Source of the DNA: an uncultured Bacillota bacterium
GTDB taxonomy: Bacteria > Bacillota > Clostridia > Peptostreptococcales > Anaerovoracaceae
Length of the DNA stretch: 64,000 nucleotides
Direction: 5' to 3'
Assembly: GCA_958448635.1 (NCBI GenBank)
Contig: CAUDEQ010000002.1
Coordinates: forward strand, 5,009-69,008
The notes below the pieces were generated by a model that saw nothing but the letters and a program-made list of their open reading frames with translations, did not search any database and was not told where the DNA came from. Both the position numbers and the translations under genes were made by a program. Positions 8,937 to 17,622 of this stretch are shown here, one piece after another (position 1 is the stretch's first letter; each line of letters opens with the position of its first letter).

Positions 8937-10373
8937 ATGCGAATTTTTGACACTAAGGTACAGGAAATCAAGTATATGGTTCTTATGGAGCTGGCCTGGC
9001 AGACATGGAGGGAAAACGACGCCTTCATGGTATTCAACGAGATCGCCGACGAAATCGTTACGAAGGATGCGCCGCCTATGAGCTGCTGCATATACAAGGA
9101 CAGAGCCATCGTTGCCGAGAGGATAAGGATAGCTCTTGGAGGAAAGAAGGACGATCCCAACATAATACAGGTCATAGATATAGCCTGCGATGAATGTCCG
9201 GTGGCAGGCCATGTGGTAACTGACCTCTGCAGAGGCTGCGTTGCACACAGGTGCTCCGATGCCTGCAAGCTGGGAGCGATAACCTTCGATGACGACCAGA
9301 TAGCCCATATAGATAAGGAAAAATGCGTGGAATGCGGAAAATGCGCAGAGCTGTGTCCGTACAGCGCCATAACTAACTTCAAGAGACCTTGTGAAAGGGC
9401 ATGCAAGGTGGATGCGATACATATGGCCAAGGACGGAGTCGCAATGATAGACAGCGAAAAGTGCATATCCTGCGGAGCGTGCGTGTACCAGTGCCCATTT
9501 GGAGCTACGCTGGATGTTTCCAGCATAACCGACGTTATAAAGACCATCATGGCCAGCGAAGACAACCGGAAGTTTAAGGTTTATGCAGTGGTGGCGCCTG
9601 CCATCGCCAGCCAGTTCACATATGCCAAGACAGGTCAGATCATAACGGCCATAAAGGAGGTGGGCTTCTACGGAGTCGAGGAAGCGGCTCTGGGAGCAGA
9701 CTTCGTCGCCTACAATGAGGCAGAGGAGCTGCAGGAGAGAGAGCTGATGACATCGTCCTGCTGTCCTGCCTTCGTCGAATACATCAAGACCAAGTTCCCT
9801 GAGATGGAAAAATACATTTCGGAAAACCTGTCGCCTATGGCTGAAACAGGAAAGCTGCTGAAAAAGTACGATCCGGACTGCAAGGTGGTATTTATAGGAC
9901 CTTGCACTGCCAAAAAGGCGGAGATAAGAGATCCGAAGGTGGGGCAGTACATTGACTACGTTCTGACCTTCGAGGAGCTGCAGGCCCTCATAGACAGCAA
10001 GGACATAGAGGTGGAGCAGCTGCCTGAAACAGATCTCAGCACAGCATCGCCATTTGGAAGAAACTTCGCCAGATCGGGAGGAGTAGCCGAGGCGGTAACC
10101 GAGGCTGTAAAAGAGAGACTGGGAGACGCCGTCAAGGTGGACCCTGTGGTATGCGATGGTATCGAGGAATGCAGAGTGGCGCTTTTGAAAGCGTCCAAGG
10201 GCGTGCTTAAAAACAATTTCATAGAAGGAATGGTATGCGACGGAGGCTGTATAGGCGGTGCGGCGTGTCTCACCCATGTTGACAAGGCCAACAGGAAGAA
10301 GATAGAGGATTACGGCATCAGCGCCAAGATAAAGGAAATACAGTCGGCAGTCGAAAATGCCAATAACAGATAG
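8937..10373 (+). CDS. monomeric [FeFe]-hydrogenase-family protein (two 4Fe-4S ferredoxin motifs plus H-cluster domain with variant motifs)
   Basis: Two CxxCxxCxxxCP ferredoxin motifs. H-cluster-like motifs L1 TSSCCPAF, L2 IGPCTAKKAE and L3 EGMVCDGGCIGGAAC, with all ligand Cys present but the flanking residues non-canonical. AGGAG ribosome-binding site. Confidence 0.8.
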   Translation: MRIFDTKVQEIKYMVLMELAWQTWRENDAFMVFNEIADEIVTKDAPPMSCCIYKDRAIVAERIRIALGGKKDDPNIIQVIDIACDECPVAGHVVTDLCRGCVAHRCSDACKLGAITFDDDQIAHIDKEKCVECGKCAELCPYSAITNFKRPCERACKVDAIHMAKDGVAMIDSEKCISCGACVYQCPFGATLDVSSITDVIKTIMASEDNRKFKVYAVVAPAIASQFTYAKTGQIITAIKEVGFYGVEEAALGADFVAYNEAEELQERELMTSSCCPAFVEYIKTKFPEMEKYISENLSPMAETGKLLKKYDPDCKVVFIGPCTAKKAEIRDPKVGQYIDYVLTFEELQALIDSKDIEVEQLPETDLSTASPFGRNFARSGGVAEAVTEAVKERLGDAVKVDPVVCDGIEECRVALLKASKGVLKNNFIEGMVCDGGCIGGAACLTHVDKANRKKIEDYGISAKIKEIQSAVENANNR

Positions 10374-10501
10374 AAGTGAGCTTTGCGCAGAGGGAATGGA
10401 TCGCAGCGGCAAGTGCGGCGATCCGGACATGAAACGGCTGACTGAGATAGCCGCAAACAGAATACGATCCCGGAAGACGCACATCAGTATCATGGAAAGG
10501 A

Positions 10502-10550
10502 AAAGAGGATCGAAGAATCTTGGGAATCGGAGATCCTCTTTGATTTTGTA
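10502..10550 (+). terminator. intrinsic terminator after hydrogenase-family gene
   Basis: 10-bp stem AAAGAGGATC/GATCCTCTTT followed by a T-rich stretch (GATTTTGT). Confidence 0.65.
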
Positions 10551-10622
10551 AGGGCAGGATACTTTCGTGTCATATGAACATTTTCTCGGTGTCAGAGGAG
10601 GGGAAAAGATGAGCAGGGGCAA

Positions 10623-10667
10623 AATACCGAACATTATAAAAGCACCACGATTCATATGTTCGTAAAA
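10623..10667 (+). promoter_or_regulatory. PurR-type PurBox pair (operator) upstream of purL operon
   Basis: AATACCGAACATT matches the Bacillus PurBox consensus AWWWCCGAACWWT exactly. An inverted second box (ATATGTTCGTAAAA, one mismatch) lies 18 bp away. About 125 nt upstream of the purL start. Confidence 0.6.
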
Positions 10668-10790
10668 AGTCAATTTTTAAAGGTTTAATGGCGATAATTG
10701 TTGCGAATTAACGGCAAAAGTGCTAACTTTATAAGGAGATAATAACGTATTCGCTGCCGCGTTAACGAAAATCAGAAAGGACTATGGTTT

Positions 10791-13700
10791 ATGGTAAGAA
10801 GAATTTACGTTGAAAAGAAAAAAGGCTTTGATGTGGAGGCGACATCGCTTTTCAATGATGTCAGGGAGAATCTCCATCTCAATGATCTGACATCAGTAAG
10901 AATCCTGAATCGTTATGATATAGACGGAATAGATGATGCTACCTATGAAGCAGCTAAATTTACGGTATTCGCAGAACCTGCCGTGGACATCGTATACGAA
11001 GAAACGATGCCAGAGGACGTGTGTTCTGCTATTTATTTTGCAGTGGAATATCTGCCGGGACAGTATGATCAGAGAGCAGACTCGGCGGCACAGTGCATAC
11101 AGCTTATGAACTCCTCCGCCCATGCGGCAGTAAAATTCGCAAGGGTGATCGTTCTTCAGGGATCGTTGACGGAAGCAGAGGTGGATTCGGTGAGAAACTA
11201 CTGTGTAAATCCTGTGGATTCACAGCTGGCGGCTCATGAGAAGCCGGCGGATCTGGAAATGGAAACGACAATACCTGAAGATGTTGCCATCATAGACGGC
11301 TTCAGAGCCATGGATGAGCAGAGGCTGGAGGAATACAGAAAGGCCATGGGCTTCGCCATGAGCCACGATGATATCGTGATGATACAGCAATACTTCAGAG
11401 AAGACGAGGACAGGGAGCCGACTCTTACGGAGCTGAAGGTGGTGGATACATACTGGTCGGATCACTGCAGACATACGACATTCAATACTACTTTAAGCAA
11501 TATCACCTTTGAGGACAGCCGCTATGGAGCGATGGTTAAGAAAGCCTTCGACAGATATATGGAAATGAGGGCGGACGTATACGGTGACAGGGAGAAGAAC
11601 GTATGTCTGATGGATATGGCGTGCATAGGTGCAAAATACCTGAAAAAGCACGGCAAGGTGGAGGATCTTGATGAATCCGAGGAAATCAACGCATGCAGCA
11701 TAAAGGTGAAGGCAAAGATCGACGGTGATGAAGAGGATTGGTTGGTGATGTTTAAAAACGAGACTCACAATCATCCGACGGAGATAGAGCCTTTCGGCGG
11801 AGCTGCAACATGTCTGGGAGGAGCAATAAGAGACCCTCTCTCAGGCAGAGTATACGTATATCAGGCCATGAGAGTGACAGGCGCTGCGGATCCGAGAAAG
11901 CCGATAGAGGAGACTCTGGCAGGCAAACTGCCTCAGCGAAAGATAACGAGGGAGGCTGCGGCCGGATACAGCTCCTACGGAAATCAGATAGGACTTGCGA
12001 CAGGACTTGTGGATGAGGTATATCACGAAAACTACGTTGCCAAGAGAATGGAAATCGGCGCAGTGGTGGGAGCTGCTCCTGCAGATCACGTTATAAGAAA
12101 GGTTCCGGAAAAGGGCGATGTGATAATACTTCTCGGCGGCAGAACGGGAAGAGACGGCTGCGGAGGAGCGACAGGCTCATCCAAGGAGCATACGGAGGAA
12201 TCCATCCTTCAGTGCGGAGCAGAGGTGCAGAAGGGAAATCCTCCTGTGGAGAGAAACATACAGCGTATGTTCAGAAGAAAAGAAGCGGCTACGCTGATAA
12301 AAAGATGCAACGATTTCGGTGCCGGAGGCGTTTCGGTAGCGATAGGGGAGCTGGCTGACGGCCTTGAAATCTATCTGGATAAGGTCCCTAAGAAGTACGA
12401 GGGACTTGACGGAACGGAGCTGGCAATTTCCGAGTCGCAGGAGAGAATGGCGGTTGTTGTTGCAGCGGACAGAGCCGAAGAATTCATGAGATACGCAGAT
12501 GAAGAAAATCTGGAGGCCACTCAGGTGGCGGAGGTCACAGATACCAACAGAGTCAGGATGTACTGGAGAGAAAAGTGCATTCTGGATCTTTCAAGAGATT
12601 TTCTCAATACCAACGGAGCACAGCAGTTTGCCGATGTCCACGTTGCAGCACGTGAGAAGGACGGCGATCAATGGCTCGATGAGCTGCTGAAGGAGACAAA
12701 GACGAAGGAAGAGCTGCTGACGGATCTCAACTGCTGCAGCAAGAAGGGGCTGATAGAGCGTTTCGACAGCACCATAGGAGCTGCAACGGTACTCATGCCT
12801 CTGGGAGGAAAGTATCAGCTGTCGCCTGCAGCAGGTATGGCAGCAAAGCTCCCTGTAGTGGACGGCGAGACCGACACGGCCACCATCATGGCATACGGCT
12901 TCGATCCGGAGCTGGCGGTAAAGAGCCCTTACCACGGAGCATTGTATGCGGTGGTGGATTCCGTAGCCAAGATAGCGGCTATGGGTGGAGATTACAGGAC
13001 GATAAGGCTCACCTTCCAGGAATACTTCGAAAAGTTGGGTGAGGATGCATCGAGATGGGGCAAGCCTGCAGCGGCCCTGCTGGGAGCGCTGACGGTTCAG
13101 AAGGAGCTGGAGATTCCGTCCATCGGAGGAAAGGACAGCATGTCCGGAACCTTCATGGACATAGACGTTCCTCCTACGCTGGCATCATTTGCCATCACCA
13201 CCGTAGATGCGGATGATGTGGTATCGACGGAATTCAAGAAAGCAGACAGCAGGCTTGTGGTTCTCACCACACCTGTAGATAAAAACGGAGTCATAGATTT
13301 TGAGAGCTTCAGAAAGAACATGCTGAAGCTGAGAGAGCTGGCTGTTACCAAGAAGCTTCTTGCCGCCAATACCATCGGCAGGGGCGGCCTTTACATGACG
13401 CTGGTGAAGATGGCTGTAGGCAACGGCATCGGAGCAGATGTAAAGGCAGAGGGAGACATTCTGTCACCTATGTACGGCTCTGTACTGGTGGAAATTCCTG
13501 CCGATAAGGATGTGGACAGGATAATGGAAGGCTCGATATATACCGAAATCGGAGCAACCACGAAGGATGGAAGACTGACGATAAACGGCGAGGCAGAGGA
13601 GGTGGCCTCCTTAACGGTGAGGTGGCAGACTCCGGTGGAGAGCGTATTCCCTGTAAGAACTGCGGAATACAGAAACAAGGTGGATAAGACTCCTGTTGAA

Positions 13701-14549
13701 AGGACACTGTACAAGGAGAGAAATGCAGCAGGCCCTAAGATAGGGACAGCAAGACCGAAGGTTGTGATACCTGTATTCCCGGGAACAAACTGCGAGATGG
13801 ATTCGGCGAGAGCCTTCAGAAAAGCAGGCGCCGAGGCCGATATCCATATCATCAGGAATCTGACGGCAGCGCAGTTGGAGGAGTCCATCGCAGAGCTGGA
13901 AAAGAAGATAAGAGAAAGTCAGATGATAATGATACCGGGAGGCTTTTCCGGAGGAGACGAGCCTGACGGGTCTGCTAAATTCATCACGGCCGTATTCAGG
14001 AATCCTGCCATAAGCGATGCCGTATCGGATCTGCTGAAGAACAGAGACGGACTGATGCTGGGAATATGCAACGGCTTCCAGGCATTGATAAAGCTGGGAC
14101 TTGTCCCTTACGGAGAGATAAGGGATATGAAGGAGGACAGCCCTACGCTGACATACAACAGGATCAACAGACATGCTTCATGCCTCGTGAGAACGGGAGT
14201 AACATCTGTCAAGTCGCCATGGCTTGCAGGAGTTGAGGCAGGCGATGTGTTCACCATACCGGTATCCCACGGCGAGGGAAGATTCATCGCAGATCATCAG
14301 CTGGCAGAGCAGCTGATGAAAAACGGCCAGGTCGCCACACAGTATGTTGACTTCGAGGGGAACCCGTCCATGGATATAGCCTTCAATCCCAACGGATCGG
14401 TGATGGCCATAGAGGGAATAACATCGCCGGACGGAAGGATATTGGGGAAGATGGGACATTCGGAAAGAATCGGCGGAAATCTCTACAAGAATGTTGCCGG
14501 CGAAAAGGATCAGAAGATTTTCGAATCAGGCGTAAAGTATTTCAGATAA
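10791..14549 (+). CDS. purL: phosphoribosylformylglycinamidine synthase, single-chain large form
   Basis: 1252 aa with N-terminal, AIR-synthase-like and C-terminal glutaminase (GATase1: ICNGFQ) domains. Confidence 0.95.
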   Translation: MVRRIYVEKKKGFDVEATSLFNDVRENLHLNDLTSVRILNRYDIDGIDDATYEAAKFTVFAEPAVDIVYEETMPEDVCSAIYFAVEYLPGQYDQRADSAAQCIQLMNSSAHAAVKFARVIVLQGSLTEAEVDSVRNYCVNPVDSQLAAHEKPADLEMETTIPEDVAIIDGFRAMDEQRLEEYRKAMGFAMSHDDIVMIQQYFREDEDREPTLTELKVVDTYWSDHCRHTTFNTTLSNITFEDSRYGAMVKKAFDRYMEMRADVYGDREKNVCLMDMACIGAKYLKKHGKVEDLDESEEINACSIKVKAKIDGDEEDWLVMFKNETHNHPTEIEPFGGAATCLGGAIRDPLSGRVYVYQAMRVTGAADPRKPIEETLAGKLPQRKITREAAAGYSSYGNQIGLATGLVDEVYHENYVAKRMEIGAVVGAAPADHVIRKVPEKGDVIILLGGRTGRDGCGGATGSSKEHTEESILQCGAEVQKGNPPVERNIQRMFRRKEAATLIKRCNDFGAGGVSVAIGELADGLEIYLDKVPKKYEGLDGTELAISESQERMAVVVAADRAEEFMRYADEENLEATQVAEVTDTNRVRMYWREKCILDLSRDFLNTNGAQQFADVHVAAREKDGDQWLDELLKETKTKEELLTDLNCCSKKGLIERFDSTIGAATVLMPLGGKYQLSPAAGMAAKLPVVDGETDTATIMAYGFDPELAVKSPYHGALYAVVDSVAKIAAMGGDYRTIRLTFQEYFEKLGEDASRWGKPAAALLGALTVQKELEIPSIGGKDSMSGTFMDIDVPPTLASFAITTVDADDVVSTEFKKADSRLVVLTTPVDKNGVIDFESFRKNMLKLRELAVTKKLLAANTIGRGGLYMTLVKMAVGNGIGADVKAEGDILSPMYGSVLVEIPADKDVDRIMEGSIYTEIGATTKDGRLTINGEAEEVASLTVRWQTPVESVFPVRTAEYRNKVDKTPVERTLYKERNAAGPKIGTARPKVVIPVFPGTNCEMDSARAFRKAGAEADIHIIRNLTAAQLEESIAELEKKIRESQMIMIPGGFSGGDEPDGSAKFITAVFRNPAISDAVSDLLKNRDGLMLGICNGFQALIKLGLVPYGEIRDMKEDSPTLTYNRINRHASCLVRTGVTSVKSPWLAGVEAGDVFTIPVSHGEGRFIADHQLAEQLMKNGQVATQYVDFEGNPSMDIAFNPNGSVMAIEGITSPDGRILGKMGHSERIGGNLYKNVAGEKDQKIFESGVKYFR

Positions 14550-14589
14550 TGAGCAAAAGAAGTATTTCAATTCAGAAAGGAAAAAGAAT

Positions 14590-15069
14590 ATGAAAGTAGC
14601 TATAATCATGGGAAGCAAATCGGATTATCCCGTAGTGCAGAAGGCAGAGAAAATGCTGGCAGATTTCGGAGTTGAGTATGAGACGAGGATAATATCGGCA
14701 CACAGAACGCCCAGACAGGCAGAGGAATTTGCCGCCAATGCGGAAGCCAACGGCTTCGGATGCATCATAGCGGCGGCAGGAAAGGCTGCTCATCTGGCAG
14801 GCGTGCTGGCAGCGACCACACCGCTTCCCGTAATAGGTCTTCCTATGAAATCCAGCACCCTTGACGGACTGGATTCGCTGCTGTCGGTGGTTCAGATGCC
14901 AAAGGGAGTGCCTGTTGCAACGGTGGCTATAGACGGTGCGGAAAACGCTGCGATTTTGGCTGTTCAGATACTCAGCACTGCCGATGCAGTCATGAGACAG
15001 GCCATAAAGGACTTTAAGAAGAAGCAGGAAGAGGATATAGTTGCGTTGGACGCTGAATTCAACAGCTGA
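14590..15069 (+). CDS. purE: 5-(carboxyamino)imidazole ribonucleotide mutase
   Basis: 159 aa, classic PurE (MGSKSD...AHRTP...GAAHLAG). Confidence 0.95.
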   Translation: MKVAIIMGSKSDYPVVQKAEKMLADFGVEYETRIISAHRTPRQAEEFAANAEANGFGCIIAAAGKAAHLAGVLAATTPLPVIGLPMKSSTLDGLDSLLSVVQMPKGVPVATVAIDGAENAAILAVQILSTADAVMRQAIKDFKKKQEEDIVALDAEFNS

Positions 15070-15219
15070 TGAGATAAACGGCAGACTATGTACAGCCTGC
15101 AATAAAGAAGCGGAAGCCGGCTATGCGGATCGTTTTTACCGCATCAGCCCTTCCCGAAGCGGTGAAAGGTATATTTGATATTTAATGCATTGTAAAACTC
15201 ATGAAACAGGAGAAAAAAA

Positions 15220-15927
15220 ATGAAAAAACTCGAACAGCTTTATGAAGGAAAAGCAAAAAAGGTATTCAAAACAGATGATCCCAAGTGCTATATCGTAGAC
15301 TACAAGGACGATGCGACGGCATTCAACGGAGAGAAAAAGGGTCAGATCGCAGGCAAGGGCGTTGTCAACAACACCATGGCAAACATCATCTTCCGGCTGC
15401 TGGAGGAAAAGGGAGTTCCCACTCATTTCGTGGAGCAGATCAGCGACAGGGAAACAGTTGTAAAGGCTGTGAAGATACTGCCTCTTGAGGTAATAATGAG
15501 AAACGTGTCGGCAGGCTCCTTTGCCAAGAGATACGGAGTAGAGGAAGGAATAACCTTTGAAAAGCCGACCTTCGAGCTTTCATATAAGAATGATGATCTG
15601 GGCGATCCTCTCATGTGTGAATCCCATGCACTGGCTCTGGGTCTGGTGACTGAGACTCAGCTGGAGGAGATAAGGAGCTATGCCGCAACCGTAAATGACG
15701 TTCTCAAGGAGTTCTTCCTGGAGAGAGGTCTCAAGCTCATAGACTTCAAGATCGAATTCGGACTTTACGACGGACAGGTGATTCTGGCAGATGAGATTTC
15801 CCCTGACACATGCAGGCTGTGGGATGTGAAGACCAATGAAAAGATGGATAAGGACAGATTCAGGAGAGATCTGGGCAATATAGAAGAGACATATGCGGAA
15901 GTTCTCAGAAGAGTAAAGAACAGCTGA
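15220..15927 (+). CDS. purC: phosphoribosylaminoimidazole-succinocarboxamide synthase
   Basis: 235 aa, SAICAR synthetase ([10 protein letters not shown]...). Confidence 0.95.
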   Translation: MKKLEQLYEGKAKKVFKTDDPKCYIVDYKDDATAFNGEKKGQIAGKGVVNNTMANIIFRLLEEKGVPTHFVEQISDRETVVKAVKILPLEVIMRNVSAGSFAKRYGVEEGITFEKPTFELSYKNDDLGDPLMCESHALALGLVTETQLEEIRSYAATVNDVLKEFFLERGLKLIDFKIEFGLYDGQVILADEISPDTCRLWDVKTNEKMDKDRFRRDLGNIEETYAEVLRRVKNS

Positions 15928-17006
15928 TGAGTAAACGGCGGATAGGAGAAGATATGGAAGATAAGAAACTCACATACAAGGACGCCGGAGTCGATACCAA
16001 GGAAGGCGAAAGAGCAGTATCGCTGATGAAGGCGCATGTCAAGAGAACCTTCAATGAGAATGTCCTTACGGGGCTCGGCAGCTTCGGAAGCCTCTTTGCA
16101 CTGGATCTCAAGGACATTAAAGAGCCTGTACTGGTATCGGGAACAGACGGCGTAGGAACAAAACTTAAGATAGCCTTTCTTATGGACAGGCATGATACGG
16201 TGGGCATAGACTGCGTTGCCATGTGCGTTAACGACGTTCTCTGTCAGGGCGCAAAGCCGCTGTTTTTCCTGGATTATATAGCTACGGGAAAGGTAAAGGC
16301 GGAGAAGATCGCTGATATCGTAAAGGGAATAGCAGAGGGCTGCAGCCAGTCGGGAAGCGCCCTTGTCGGCGGTGAAACTGCGGAAATGCCTGATTTCTAT
16401 TCCGACGGCGAATACGACATGGCAGGCTTTTCCGTCGGCATAGCGGACAAGAGCAGGATAATCACAGGCGCCGATATCAAGGTGGGCGATAAGATAGTCG
16501 GAATCGCATCCACGGGAATACACAGCAACGGTTATTCGCTGGTAAGAAAGGTGTTCTTCGATAAGATGGACATGAAGGTTACAGATTATGTTGAGGAGCT
16601 GGGAGAAACTCTGGGAGAGGCGCTGCTCAGACCTACGAAAATATACGCCAACGCCTGCGGCGCAGTGCTGCCTGATTTCCATGTCAACGGGATAGTTCAT
16701 ATCACCGGAGGCGGATTTTACGAAAACATTCCGAGGATACTTCCGGAGGGTACTGCCGTGTCCATCGATGCAGGAGCGTGGGATGCGCCTCCGATATTCC
16801 CGTACATAGCAAGCTGCGGCAATATCGACAGAGAGGAAATGTTCTCCACATACAATATGGGCATAGGCATGATGATGATAGTTGACGCCGACGACGCAGA
16901 GGCTGTAAAGGACGCCCTGCTGAAGGCGGGAGAAAAGGCATATATAATCGGCGACGTGGTGGAGGATCAGGGAAGCAGAGTGAAGATAAGCTATCCTGAG
17001 ATATAG
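15927..17006 (+). CDS. purM: phosphoribosylformylglycinamidine cyclo-ligase (AIR synthetase)
   Basis: 359 aa, PurM N- and C-terminal domains (DGVGTK..., GGETAEMP). Confidence 0.95.
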   Translation: MSKRRIGEDMEDKKLTYKDAGVDTKEGERAVSLMKAHVKRTFNENVLTGLGSFGSLFALDLKDIKEPVLVSGTDGVGTKLKIAFLMDRHDTVGIDCVAMCVNDVLCQGAKPLFFLDYIATGKVKAEKIADIVKGIAEGCSQSGSALVGGETAEMPDFYSDGEYDMAGFSVGIADKSRIITGADIKVGDKIVGIASTGIHSNGYSLVRKVFFDKMDMKVTDYVEELGETLGEALLRPTKIYANACGAVLPDFHVNGIVHITGGGFYENIPRILPEGTAVSIDAGAWDAPPIFPYIASCGNIDREEMFSTYNMGIGMMMIVDADDAEAVKDALLKAGEKAYIIGDVVEDQGSRVKISYPEI

Positions 17007-17028
17007 GCTGCGAGCAAAAGAGGAAAAC

Positions 17029-17622
17029 ATGATGAGCAACAAGATAAAGACTGCCGTGCTGGTGTCGGGAGGCGGGACAAACCTTCAGGCGCTGATAGAC
17101 AAGCAGAGAGACGGCAGTATACCTAAGGCGGAGATCACCATGGTAATAGCCAGCAGAGAGGACGCATTTGCTCTGGAAAGGGCTGCAAGGGCAGGAATAC
17201 AGACTGCAGTTGCGCCGGAGCAGCATCAGGTTCTGGACGCGTTGAGAGCGTCAGGTGCGCAGATCGTTGTGCTGGCAGGATACATGAGGGTGCTGTCTCC
17301 GGAGATAATAGATGAATACAGAGACAGGATAATAAACATACACCCATCCCTCATACCGAAATACTGCGGTAAGGGATTTTACGGAAAGAGAGTCCACAAG
17401 GCAGTGCTGGAGGGAGGCGAAAAGGAAAGCGGAGCCACCGTACACTATGTGGACGAGGGTGTTGACACCGGTAAGATAATATTACAGAAGAAAGTACCTG
17501 TGCTGGAAGGCGATACTGCGGATATCCTTGCGGCCAGAGTACTTGAAATAGAACATGAGATCCTGGCGGAGGGGCTGAACATAGTGGCCGACAGGATAGA
17601 AAAGGACGGAGGTAAAATATAA
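17029..17622 (+). CDS. purN: phosphoribosylglycinamide formyltransferase
   Basis: 197 aa. SGGGTNLQA loop and the HPSL(IP) catalytic region. Confidence 0.9.
   Translation: MMSNKIKTAVLVSGGGTNLQALIDKQRDGSIPKAEITMVIASREDAFALERAARAGIQTAVAPEQHQVLDALRASGAQIVVLAGYMRVLSPEIIDEYRDRIINIHPSLIPKYCGKGFYGKRVHKAVLEGGEKESGATVHYVDEGVDTGKIILQKKVPVLEGDTADILAARVLEIEHEILAEGLNIVADRIEKDGGKI

Noticed and set aside
10609-10665. 17-codon ORF with a strong ribosome-binding site in the pur leader, as a possible leader peptide
   Set aside because: It overlaps the PurBox operator and probably lies upstream of the actual promoter. I mention it under findings only as a low-probability alternative.
8886-10673. 595-aa ORF antisense to the hydrogenase-family gene, and similar long antisense ORFs at 15765-17042, 25743-26531, 29780-30799, 31228-32094, 33838-34560, 45597-46580, 47728-48489, 50306-50956 and 6933-7778
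   Set aside because: Each lies entirely inside a sense-strand gene with clear family-level homology. Their translations are low complexity with no recognisable motifs. These are typical codon-bias shadow ORFs.
10374-10790. Purine or ZTP riboswitch in the purL leader, and a T-box upstream of metG (24462-24591)
   Set aside because: No UAUA...AUAUGG...GUUUCUAC...CCGUAAAU purine-aptamer elements and no GACUGGCG ZTP core were found. The metG leader is only about 130 nt and lacks the T-box sequence AANNNGGGTGGNACCGCG.
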